Assembly: GCA_040219255.1 (NCBI GenBank)
Contig: JAVJSW010000044.1
Span: 1 to 50,280, forward strand
Origin: Sumerlaeia bacterium
GTDB lineage: Bacteria; Sumerlaeota; Sumerlaeia; SLMS01; JAHLLQ01
Length of the DNA: 50,280 nt
Direction of reading: 5' to 3'
In this document: piece by piece, positions 28,615 to 36,645 of the stretch
Layout of the letters: the number at the start of each line of letters is the position of its first letter
Numbering within the stretch: the stretch's first letter is position 1
Notes under the pieces: model-generated
Databases searched by the model: none
What the model was told of the DNA's origin: nothing
What the model saw: the letters and a program-made list of their open reading frames with translations, nothing else
Position numbers and translations under genes: made by a program

Positions 28615-29466
28615 TCAGCCCGGTTTCTTGGGGGCGGGCATGGCTTCCAACACGTCGGTCATGTTGAAGATTTCGTTCTTCGAACCGGCGTTGAGTTTTT
28701 GGTGCAGGAATCGGACCGCGGTGAGGGCGCCTTCGGCGTAGACTTTGCGGCCGTGGACGCGGTGGCTGAGTTCGAGGCGGATGTCGGCGGTGTCGGAAGC
28801 GATTTCGTAGAAGTGGTAGGCGTGGCCGGAGATGTGCTCGAGGGGGACGTTGAGTTCCTGCTCCTGGACCTTGGCGTCGCGGATCATCTTGATTTTGTCG
28901 ACGGAGGCCGGGAGGCCAAGGGCGGCGAAGTCGGAGACGAGGGCTTTGGCGGTGCCGGAGGTGTCCTTCTTGCCGGATTGGTGGGATTCGAGGACGCCGA
29001 ACTGATAGCCGGCCATGGCGCCGGGGAAGCGGCCGGCGAGCCAGTGCATGGCGGACTGGAGCAGGACGATGGGGATTGCCATGTTGGGGGCGATGACCGC
29101 GGAGGTTCCGCTCTGGCGGACGAGTTCCAGCGCGCGGTCGCGGTCGTAGCCGGTGGTGCCGAGGACGAAGGGGATGCCTTTGCGGCTGTAGAACTCGACG
29201 TTGGGGAGGGCGGCGGCGGGTTCGGTGAAGTCGACGGCGATGCTGCCGGGGGGGATTTGGAGGCTGTCGCGATCTTGCGGGCGGACGAGGCGGACGGAGC
29301 GGCCATCGCCGAAGGCGAACGTTTCCGCTTCCATATTGGGGCCGGTGAGGGCGAAAGGGAGGAGGGTGAACGGGGAGTCGCTTTCTCGGTCGAGGGCGAG
29401 GCGGGCGACTTCGAGCGCCATGCGGCCTGGGAGTCCTGAAATGAGAAGCGGGATCGGGTTCGACAT
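28615..29466 (-). CDS. dapB: 4-hydroxy-tetrahydrodipicolinate reductase
   Basis: GLPGRM, DFT, GTTG, APNM and ESHQSGKKDTSGTA motifs. Confidence 0.9.
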   Translation of the reverse strand: MSNPIPLLISGLPGRMALEVARLALDRESDSPFTLLPFALTGPNMEAETFAFGDGRSVRLVRPQDRDSLQIPPGSIAVDFTEPAAALPNVEFYSRKGIPFVLGTTGYDRDRALELVRQSGTSAVIAPNMAIPIVLLQSAMHWLAGRFPGAMAGYQFGVLESHQSGKKDTSGTAKALVSDFAALGLPASVDKIKMIRDAKVQEQELNVPLEHISGHAYHFYEIASDTADIRLELSHRVHGRKVYAEGALTAVRFLHQKLNAGSKNEIFNMTDVLEAMPAPKKPG

Positions 29467-29507
29467 AAGGAAAGGAGGATGCCTTGGGCGGGAAAGGGGA
29501 TGCAAGA

Positions 29508-29547
29508 GAGAAGCCCCGCCGCGGTCAAAGGCCGAGCGGGGCTTCTC
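29508..29547 (-). terminator. Hairpin downstream of tRNA-Thr
   Basis: 12-bp inverted repeat GAGAAGCCCCGC / GCGGGGCTTCTC. Confidence 0.55.
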
Positions 29548-29559
29548 AGAAGAAGAAAG

Positions 29560-29635
29560 TGGAGCCGCTATGCAGATTCGAACTGCAGACCCCATCCTTA
29601 CCATGGATGTGCTCTACCAACTGAGCTATAGCGGC
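29560..29635 (-). tRNA. tRNA-Thr(GGT)
   Basis: GCCGCTA/TAGCGGC acceptor stem, CATCC/GGATG anticodon stem with GGT, TTCGAAT T-loop, encoded CCA. Confidence 0.96.
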
Positions 29636-29740
29636 TCGATGACCCCGGAAGAGACTTCGCACTCCCTCGCGGGCTGGAAAGTTAGTCCGAAGGAATACCC
29701 TCCGCGCAAGGGGAAATTGGGTGCGGCGGGGCGTTTTTTT

Positions 29741-32700
29741 TCAGCCGGCGGCGGGCGCGGCCAGTTGCTCGGCGACCTTTTTCGCCGTCTCGGCGTTCAA
29801 GGGCGCGCCGCCCATTTCGTGCATGATGATGAGCTGGTTGAAGGCGCCCTTGAGTTCGCGCACGTTGGACGTGATGGCTTCCGCCAGGATGTTGAGGGCG
29901 TCGTCGGGGACGTTCAAATCCTCGCGCTCCATGGCGACGCGGCGGAGGATGGCCATGCGCGTTTCGAGCTGGGGCGCCTGGATTTCCACGATGACGCCGG
30001 CGCCGAATCGCGACATGAGGCGTTTTTCGAGGTGGGCGATTTCCTTGGGCGGGCGGTCGCTGGTGATGACGATCTGGCGCTTGCTCTGGTAGAGCGTGTT
30101 GAAGATGTGGAAGAATTCTTCCTGGCTCGATTCCTTGCCCGCGAGGAGGTGGGCGTCGTCGAGGAGGAGCAGTTCGGCGGCTTTGTGTTTCTGGCGGAAC
30201 TGGATGACCTGGTTGTTCTGGATGGCGTCGATCAGCTCGCTGGTGAAGTCCTCGGCGTTGGTGTAGATGATTTTGATGCCGGGGTTTCCGTCGAGGACGT
30301 AATTCGCGATGGCGTGGAGGATGTGGGTTTTGCCCATGCCGACGTCGCTGTGGAGGAAGAGGGGGTTGTGTGGGGTGTTGCCGGGGGATTTGGCGACGGC
30401 CTGGGCGGTGGCCCAGGCGAAGCGGTTGTGGTCGCCGACGACGAAGTGGTCGAAGTCGTACTCCTTCATGACTTGGAGGGAGGCGGGGCGATGGTGCATG
30501 TCGGAGGAGCCGGCGCGTGGGATTTCGTCGGCCTTGAGTTCCATCAGGGGGGCCAGTGTGCGCCACTCGCGGAGGGCTTTCTGGACGTCGCCGGTTTCTT
30601 CGTAGATTTCGGCGCGCATACGGCGTGCGGGGATGTGGTCCTTGTCGATTTCCAGGGCGGCGCCGAGGGATTCGAGGGCGTCTTCGAACTCGCCGGCGGA
30701 GCGGTGGTAATCGGCCAGATTCATGACTTCTTCGAGGGCGTCGTGGTTCAGGCCGGCATCGTGGAGGGCTTCCGCCAGAGCCCGGCGCCGATCCACGTCG
30801 TCGGGGTTGAGGGCGGCGGCCTCGCGCCGCGCCGCCAGGGCGCCTTCCTTGTCGCCTTCTTTCTGGCGGATGTTGGCGATGGCGTCGAATTGCACCATGG
30901 CGGTGGGGATGTCGCTGTAGTTGTCGTCGAGGCAGACATCGATCAGCTTGCGGCGCAGGACGATGTTGTCGGGGTCGATGTTGACGGCTTCGCTGAGGGC
31001 CTTGGCGGCTTCGCGGAAGCGGCGCGATTCGGTGTGGGCGATGGCCATGTCGAGGAGGCGGCGGATGGTTTCGTCTTTGTGGACGCCGCCTTTCTTGGCC
31101 ATTTCGGCCATTTTGTGCTGGGCCAGGTCGTTTTCCGGATCGACGAGGAGGGCTTCGTGGAGCATGGCGTAGGCGCCGTCCGGTTCGCCCATCGCTTCTT
31201 TGCGTTCGGCGATGGAGAGGAGCTGCTTGGAGGCGTCGCGGTGGCGGTGGTGGCGACGGAGGAAATCGGCGTATTTCTGGCGGACTTCCATATCGTTGCC
31301 GTCGCGCTTGATGAGGCCGCGGAACAGATGGCCGGCTTCGTCGACCTCGTTGCGGCGGTCGTGGACGGCGATCAGTTCGTAGATTTGGTCGTCGGCGGCG
31401 GCGTGGCGCCCGGCGGCGCGGAGCAGAGCGGCGAGGCGCTTGTGGAGGCCCACGTCGTCGGGCTCGGATTTGAGCATCTGGCGCAGGATGCCCTCGGCGC
31501 GGGCGATGTCTTCGCTGGTCATGGCGCCGCTGCGGATCAGGTGATCGATGAGTTGCAGCGCGCCGGGGCGATCGTTGGCGTCGCGGCGGATTTCGGCCAG
31601 GGTGAGGCGGGTCGAGCGGGCTTCCGCCAGATGGTTGCGGCTTTCCTGCAAATCGGCCAGCAGTTCGAGGGCCTGTGGGTCTTTGGCCCCGGCGGCCACG
31701 CAGCGTTTCAGCAGTTCCTCCGCCCGTCCTTCCTGGTTGTCCTCGAGGAAGCGGCGGCAGGCGCGAAGGCGCTGCACCTGAGCGTCGTTCTGGCGGCCCA
31801 CGGCGTCCAGGGCGTCGCCGTATTCTTCGATGATCTGGGCGTCGTCGGGCGTTTGTTTGACGCACTTGGCCAGCCAGCGAACGCGGCCCTCTTTGTCGTT
31901 GGCGCCGAGGCTGATGTGGGCGTGGGCGCGCAGGGCCTTCATGGCCGAGGGGTCGGCTTCGAGAATATCGTCGAGAACGCTGTGGGCTTCGGCGAAGGCG
32001 CCGGCGCGGCGATGGGTTTCCGCCAGACGGTAGCGTGCTTCCGTGGAGAGATCCGGCCGATTCAGGCGTTGATAGGCGATCACGAGGCGTTCCAGGACCG
32101 CGGTGCTGTCGGGGCTGGCGCTGACGAGTTTGACGAGGGCTTCGACGGCGGGCCGGTTCGCGGCGGCGCCGAGCAGGTTGTCGACCAGACGCAGCGACGC
32201 ATTGAGTGTTTCGGGTGTCAGGCCTTGCAGGATGCGGATTTCCACGTAGCGCAGGGCCACCGGTCCGCTGGAGGGTTCGACCTGGGCGGCCTGCTCCAGC
32301 GCGTCGCAGGCGGCCTGGAGATCGCCGCGGTCTTCCGCGTCGCGGGCTTCCGCCACCAATTCGCGGGCCGCCTTGCCCGACTGGCCCGTCGTCACAAGGA
32401 GTTGAGTAATCATCGGCCTCACGTCAATAGCGGCCGAGGAGGCGTTCGCCTCCACCTGGCGGTAGGCCCAGAGGGCTTCCTGCAAGTCGCCCGCTTCCTC
32501 CGCCGCGTCGGCGAGAAGCATGAGGTGCTGGGCGGCGGTTTCCGCTTCCTCGCGCTTGAGGTGGACTTCGGCCAGTTTGCGGCGCCAGGCGCGGTTGGAC
32601 GGGTCGGCCTCCAATTCGCCGGTCAGCAGATCGATGGCGGCCTGATCGTTGCCGAAGCCCAATTCCGCATCCGCCAGACGGGTTACCAGGAGAGCCGCGG

Positions 32701-33229
32701 CGCCATCCTCGCCGCCTTTCTTCTTGAGGCGCAGCAGCACCCGGAGCGCGCGGACATGATTGGGGTCGAAGGAGAGGACCTCTTCGAGCTTGGCCACGAT
32801 GGCTTTGGCCTTTGGCCCCAGGGGGCCTGTTTCCGTGTCCATCTGGCCCACGAAAGCTTCCGCCGCGTCGACGTGCTGATCGAGTTTCTGAAGGTCTTCG
32901 GGCAGGGCGATTTCGATACCGAACTCATCGCAGAGCGACTTGACCGCTTGATCGAAGGTGACGCCGCGGGAGCCGGCGAAGAGATCGATGAGGTTGCCGC
33001 CCGCCTGGCCTTTGCACCCCGGTTCCGTGCATTGGTAGGTTTTCGTTTCCTCGTCGAGCATCATGCTGCGCGATTCTTCTTCTTCGCCATGGAGGGGACA
33101 GGAGCATCGGATTTTGCCGCCGCCGCGCTGCATCGACCCCGGGAAGTAGTCGATGAACTCGAGGACATCGAGGACGTCGAGGCCGTCGAGCACCTGCCGG
33201 ATTACGGTTTCGGAGTGTTTCGTCTTCAT
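29741..33229 (-). CDS. CHC2 zinc finger - TPR-like repeats - DnaA-like AAA+ fusion protein
   Basis: N-terminal CPLH...C..PGC; many helical repeats; C-terminal FDHFVVGDHNRFA, NPLFL.SDVGMGKTH, LLDD, QEEFFHIFNTL, SDRPP, RLMSRF and NVRELKGA; ends without DnaA domain IV. Confidence 0.9.
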   Translation of the reverse strand: MKTKHSETVIRQVLDGLDVLDVLEFIDYFPGSMQRGGGKIRCSCPLHGEEEESRSMMLDEETKTYQCTEPGCKGQAGGNLIDLFAGSRGVTFDQAVKSLCDEFGIEIALPEDLQKLDQHVDAAEAFVGQMDTETGPLGPKAKAIVAKLEEVLSFDPNHVRALRVLLRLKKKGGEDGAAALLVTRLADAELGFGNDQAAIDLLTGELEADPSNRAWRRKLAEVHLKREEAETAAQHLMLLADAAEEAGDLQEALWAYRQVEANASSAAIDVRPMITQLLVTTGQSGKAARELVAEARDAEDRGDLQAACDALEQAAQVEPSSGPVALRYVEIRILQGLTPETLNASLRLVDNLLGAAANRPAVEALVKLVSASPDSTAVLERLVIAYQRLNRPDLSTEARYRLAETHRRAGAFAEAHSVLDDILEADPSAMKALRAHAHISLGANDKEGRVRWLAKCVKQTPDDAQIIEEYGDALDAVGRQNDAQVQRLRACRRFLEDNQEGRAEELLKRCVAAGAKDPQALELLADLQESRNHLAEARSTRLTLAEIRRDANDRPGALQLIDHLIRSGAMTSEDIARAEGILRQMLKSEPDDVGLHKRLAALLRAAGRHAAADDQIYELIAVHDRRNEVDEAGHLFRGLIKRDGNDMEVRQKYADFLRRHHRHRDASKQLLSIAERKEAMGEPDGAYAMLHEALLVDPENDLAQHKMAEMAKKGGVHKDETIRRLLDMAIAHTESRRFREAAKALSEAVNIDPDNIVLRRKLIDVCLDDNYSDIPTAMVQFDAIANIRQKEGDKEGALAARREAAALNPDDVDRRRALAEALHDAGLNHDALEEVMNLADYHRSAGEFEDALESLGAALEIDKDHIPARRMRAEIYEETGDVQKALREWRTLAPLMELKADEIPRAGSSDMHHRPASLQVMKEYDFDHFVVGDHNRFAWATAQAVAKSPGNTPHNPLFLHSDVGMGKTHILHAIANYVLDGNPGIKIIYTNAEDFTSELIDAIQNNQVIQFRQKHKAAELLLLDDAHLLAGKESSQEEFFHIFNTLYQSKRQIVITSDRPPKEIAHLEKRLMSRFGAGVIVEIQAPQLETRMAILRRVAMEREDLNVPDDALNILAEAITSNVRELKGAFNQLIIMHEMGGAPLNAETAKKVAEQLAAPAAG

Positions 33230-33366
33230 GGGGGGCGCGCTTTCGATCGGAAAGGGGGAACGGATTGGGGGCTGGCGAGCCGGGATGGGCGAGGTTGCGG
33301 GCCGGAGTCCGTCCGGCCGGGGGGTGCGGGAAAAACCGCGGAATTGAAACCCGAACGGCGGGGAGT

Positions 33367-33645
33367 TTACAAGACAAAGCCCTTCTTCTTCGCCAGAGTC
33401 TTCTTTCCTTCCAACACCATGCGGCGGTAATCGCCCCCGGTGCGCAGGATCTCCGTCTTGTGCTTGGCCAGCATTTCCTCGGCCTGTTTTTCCAGTTCGT
33501 CTTCTTCGCGCAGATTGTTCTGTAACGCGCGGCGCACGGCCGCCACCACCGCGTCCGCGTCGCGCAGGTCCACGTGGGGGCTATCCTTGAGCGCCCGCAA
33601 AGCGAGCACTGACAGGGAGTTCATTCGATTGGGAGAGAGACGCAT
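33367..33645 (-). CDS. DUF507-like protein
   Basis: MRLS N-terminus, E.ELEKQA core and KKTLAKKKGFVL C-terminus. Confidence 0.75.
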   Translation of the reverse strand: MRLSPNRMNSLSVLALRALKDSPHVDLRDADAVVAAVRRALQNNLREEDELEKQAEEMLAKHKTEILRTGGDYRRMVLEGKKTLAKKKGFVL

Positions 33646-33790
33646 GTGCCCTGGGGTCCCCTCTATCCGTTCAGTGAGTCATCGATTGGCGGCGCATCCC
33701 GGCCCTTTGTCTTGTCATGCCCGTGTGGGCATTCCCTTGGCCGTCCGCCAGCCTGGGATCATCCAGGGAACAAGCAAGCCCGTCAAGTCT

Positions 33791-34627
33791 TTAGAGGGCC
33801 TCGGAAGCGTTCGCCTCGCGTGCCGCTTCGATCTCGTCCTCGTCGACAAAGCGAACCATCACCACGGAGATATTGTCCAGTCCGCCGGCCGAATTGGCCG
33901 ACTGGATCAACCCCTGGATGCAATCCTCCAGGTCCGGCTTCTGGCGGATCACGTCCGAGATCTGGCCGTCCTCCACCATCGAGGACAATCCATCGCTGCA
34001 CAGCAGATAAAGGTCGTGACTCCGGATCTTCTGGATCTGGACGTCCACGTCCACGTCCATCTTGTTGCCGAGGGCGCGCGTGATGACGTTTTTCCAGCGG
34101 TGATTCTTCGCCTCTTCTTCCGTGATGATGCCCTTCTGAAGCTGCTCGCTGACCCAGGAGTGATCGAGCGTCAGTTGCTCCAGCTTGCCGTCGCGGTAGC
34201 GGTAGCAGCGGGAATCGCCCACGTGGGCGATGGCGAGTTCGCGGTCCTCGGGCGAGATGAACATCGCGACCAGAGTGGTGCCCATACCGCTGTATTCCTG
34301 GTGCTGGACCGACAGGTTGCAGACGTCGCGGTTGGCCAGCTTGATGGCGGCGACCAGGGAGTTTTCCGAGTCGGAAAGCTTTTCGTCGCGGGGAAAGGGC
34401 CAGGTGACGTCGTCATCGCCTTCGGCGCGGCGCACGAAATCCACGATCGATTCGATGGCTTGGCGGCTCGCCACCTCGCCCGCGTTGTGGCCACCCATAC
34501 CGTCGGCCACGATGAACAGCCCGATATCGGGCACCACGGACAGACTGTCTTCGTTATGGCCGCGCTTGAGGCCGCGGTCACTCAGTCCCGCCGCCTGGAT
34601 TTGCAGTTTGCCCAGCGTGGTTCTCAT
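33791..34627 (-). CDS. PP2C-type Ser/Thr phosphatase (Stp1/PrpC-like)
   Basis: NEDS, VADGMGG, MGTT, HVGDSR, CSDGL and GGLDNIS motifs. Confidence 0.96.
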   Translation of the reverse strand: MRTTLGKLQIQAAGLSDRGLKRGHNEDSLSVVPDIGLFIVADGMGGHNAGEVASRQAIESIVDFVRRAEGDDDVTWPFPRDEKLSDSENSLVAAIKLANRDVCNLSVQHQEYSGMGTTLVAMFISPEDRELAIAHVGDSRCYRYRDGKLEQLTLDHSWVSEQLQKGIITEEEAKNHRWKNVITRALGNKMDVDVDVQIQKIRSHDLYLLCSDGLSSMVEDGQISDVIRQKPDLEDCIQGLIQSANSAGGLDNISVVMVRFVDEDEIEAAREANASEAL

Positions 34628-34833
34628 GGCAGTTGTTCAGACTTCCCGCGCATCGAGGATTCTTCCAAGTCACGACACAGTCCGCAAAACCTGTCGTATC
34701 AGACAACAAAGTGCCTGCTCCCTGGAACGGCTTAGAGGCGATGAAAGCAGGGGGAAAAAACACGCGCAACGGAAAGTTGGCCTCCACCGCGCTCCGGGCT
34801 TCAGATTCTCGCCCGCCCCGGTCCGATTGGCCG

Positions 34834-34863
34834 TTGACAGGCCCGCCACGCTCTGGCTACACC
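34834..34863 (+). promoter_or_regulatory. Possible sigma70 promoter for tRNA-Gln
   Basis: TTGACA, 18-nt spacer, TACACC, about 40 nt upstream of the tRNA. Confidence 0.4.
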
Positions 34864-34905
34864 AACACCCCTTGCGGCCCGTGCCCATGCACCCGCCGCG
34901 AACGC

Positions 34906-34981
34906 TGGGGAGTAGTTCAGCTGGTAGAACACCGCTCTTTGGAAGCGGCTGTCGTAGGTTCGAGTCCTACCTCCCCAGCCA
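34906..34981 (+). tRNA. tRNA-Gln(TTG)
   Basis: TGGGGAG/CTCCCCA acceptor stem, CCGCT/AGCGG anticodon stem with TTG, GTTCGAG T-loop, encoded CCA. Confidence 0.95.
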
Positions 34982-35089
34982 CACCTTTGCCTCCAAACTC
35001 CTGGTATTCCGCAGTGTCATGGCTGGCTTCATGCTGGCCTTACGATTGTCATGCCCGTCTCGGCCAGCGATGGAATAGGGCGGGGGGGG

Positions 35090-35851
35090 CTACGAAATTC
35101 CAAGCTCCATCTGCCGGTGGCTCGGTTTCCAGCGAGTGAAGGCGGGTGGGAGCATGGAGAGGAGTTGGTCTTCGCCGATCAGCGAAAGGTCCCATGTGAG
35201 GTCGATCTGGCGCAGGTAGGTGACGAAGGCTTTCATCGAGCCGGGTTGGGAAATGCTGCCGCTCTTGGGTTTGGCGGACCAGCGGCCGTTTCGCGATGTG
35301 AGGTAGAGGAGAGTGGCGACTTTGAGGATGTCCGGGTTGGTGGCGAACTCGATGTTCTTGGTAATCATTGTTGTCAGTCCAGGCACACCCCCGATCGGCC
35401 CGTAGAGCAATATCATCACGTCGTCGAGCCGCCCCTGATACTGCCTCACGACTTGGTAGGGTCCGAGCATGAAGTGGTGGAATGACAACCACCCGTACCC
35501 GCCGCTGCTCTTTGGGATCCAGCGGTAGCTCTGGCCGATGGTGCGGGCCTGGCGAGCGAGTTGGTCGAAGTAGAAGAGCGACAGCCAGGCCCAGAGGCCT
35601 CGGTCGAGTTCGGGTTGGTCGATACGAGCGAGGCGTTCGAAAAGGTACTCGCCGAGTTCGCGCCGGGTGTCGAATTCGCGAATCGTGATACCGACCGAGG
35701 GGCCGATGACCTCGCTGTGTTCGGCCGAGTCGAGGAGGTGGCTGGGCGCGATTTCCTCTGGGTTTTCAATGCGCAGGCGCAGGAAATCCTCGTAGGCGGC
35801 GATGCCGCTCGCTGTGAGCCGCGACAGGGGCAGATCGGGATGAGCCGTCAT
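35090..35851 (-). CDS. Hypothetical protein, third gene of GHKL operon
   Basis: ATGA overlap with upstream gene; globular composition; motif GLWAWLSLFYFDQL. Confidence 0.75.
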   Translation of the reverse strand: MTAHPDLPLSRLTASGIAAYEDFLRLRIENPEEIAPSHLLDSAEHSEVIGPSVGITIREFDTRRELGEYLFERLARIDQPELDRGLWAWLSLFYFDQLARQARTIGQSYRWIPKSSGGYGWLSFHHFMLGPYQVVRQYQGRLDDVMILLYGPIGGVPGLTTMITKNIEFATNPDILKVATLLYLTSRNGRWSAKPKSGSISQPGSMKAFVTYLRQIDLTWDLSLIGEDQLLSMLPPAFTRWKPSHRQMELGIS

Positions 35852-36645
35852 CGCTGGATCTCCTCCCAGGCTTTGGCGAAACCGTCGGCCAGGCGGTGCT
35901 GCTGGCTGAAGCCTTCGACGACGCCCTCGATCCAATCGCAGATTTCCTGCGGGTCGTCGCCCGCGGGGGGAGGCGTACCCCTCGCCTCGCCGCGGCATTC
36001 ATTGGCGAATTGCAGCCAATGGCTTTCCCAGCCGCCTTCGTTTTCGGCGGCGCGGTCGCCATCGGCCCAGAGCACAAAAAACAGGTCGCGGAAGACTTCG
36101 CGGATGGCGGCGGGAAAGATCAGCGAGCGCACCGCGGGGTTTTCGAGCAGGTGCTTGCCTTCGCTGGAAAGGCGTGAGTTCAGCACCAGAATCGGTTCGC
36201 TGTCCTCGGTCACATCGAGGCGCCACGGCAGGTGGTCCAGGTCCTCGGTGCGGACGGCCAGGAGAGGCTCGCGGTCGCCAGTGTTGGGGATACCGGTCAA
36301 CTCGGGCTTGAGCTTGTCCGCGTGGCCCAGCAAGAGGCCCCGCCGGGGGTCCTCGACTCGCGTGACTTTCAGGCGAAAACGGACGCCCGTCATGTCGCGG
36401 AAGTCTCTTAGCTCCACCGGCTCCGGCGTCCAATCGCCGCGAGGCGCGCCGAAATCGAAACGCATCTGCGAAGCCTGACGATAGGCTTCCAGAAAAACGC
36501 GGGCAGAGTTGGGGAAGTCATATTGGCCGAAGAAGAATTGCGGCGTGAGGACCGGCGCCTGACCATTCTCTCCCACCCGCACTCGCAGGATGACGCTCTT
36601 GCGGTGGATGCGCTGGCGCTCGGTGAAGTTCAGCCTACGAGCCAT
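35848..36645 (-). CDS. Hypothetical protein, second gene of GHKL operon
   Basis: 265-aa ORF overlapping both neighbours; GGAGG RBS upstream of the ATG. Confidence 0.8.
   Translation of the reverse strand: MARRLNFTERQRIHRKSVILRVRVGENGQAPVLTPQFFFGQYDFPNSARVFLEAYRQASQMRFDFGAPRGDWTPEPVELRDFRDMTGVRFRLKVTRVEDPRRGLLLGHADKLKPELTGIPNTGDREPLLAVRTEDLDHLPWRLDVTEDSEPILVLNSRLSSEGKHLLENPAVRSLIFPAAIREVFRDLFFVLWADGDRAAENEGGWESHWLQFANECRGEARGTPPPAGDDPQEICDWIEGVVEGFSQQHRLADGFAKAWEEIQR

Noticed and set aside
29741-30478. Calling this locus dnaA/oriC
   Set aside because: No domain I or IV, no dnaN, and no DnaA-box cluster noticed nearby.
29201-33430. 1409-aa plus-strand ORF
   Set aside because: Antisense to the DnaA-like fusion, tRNA-Thr and dapB.
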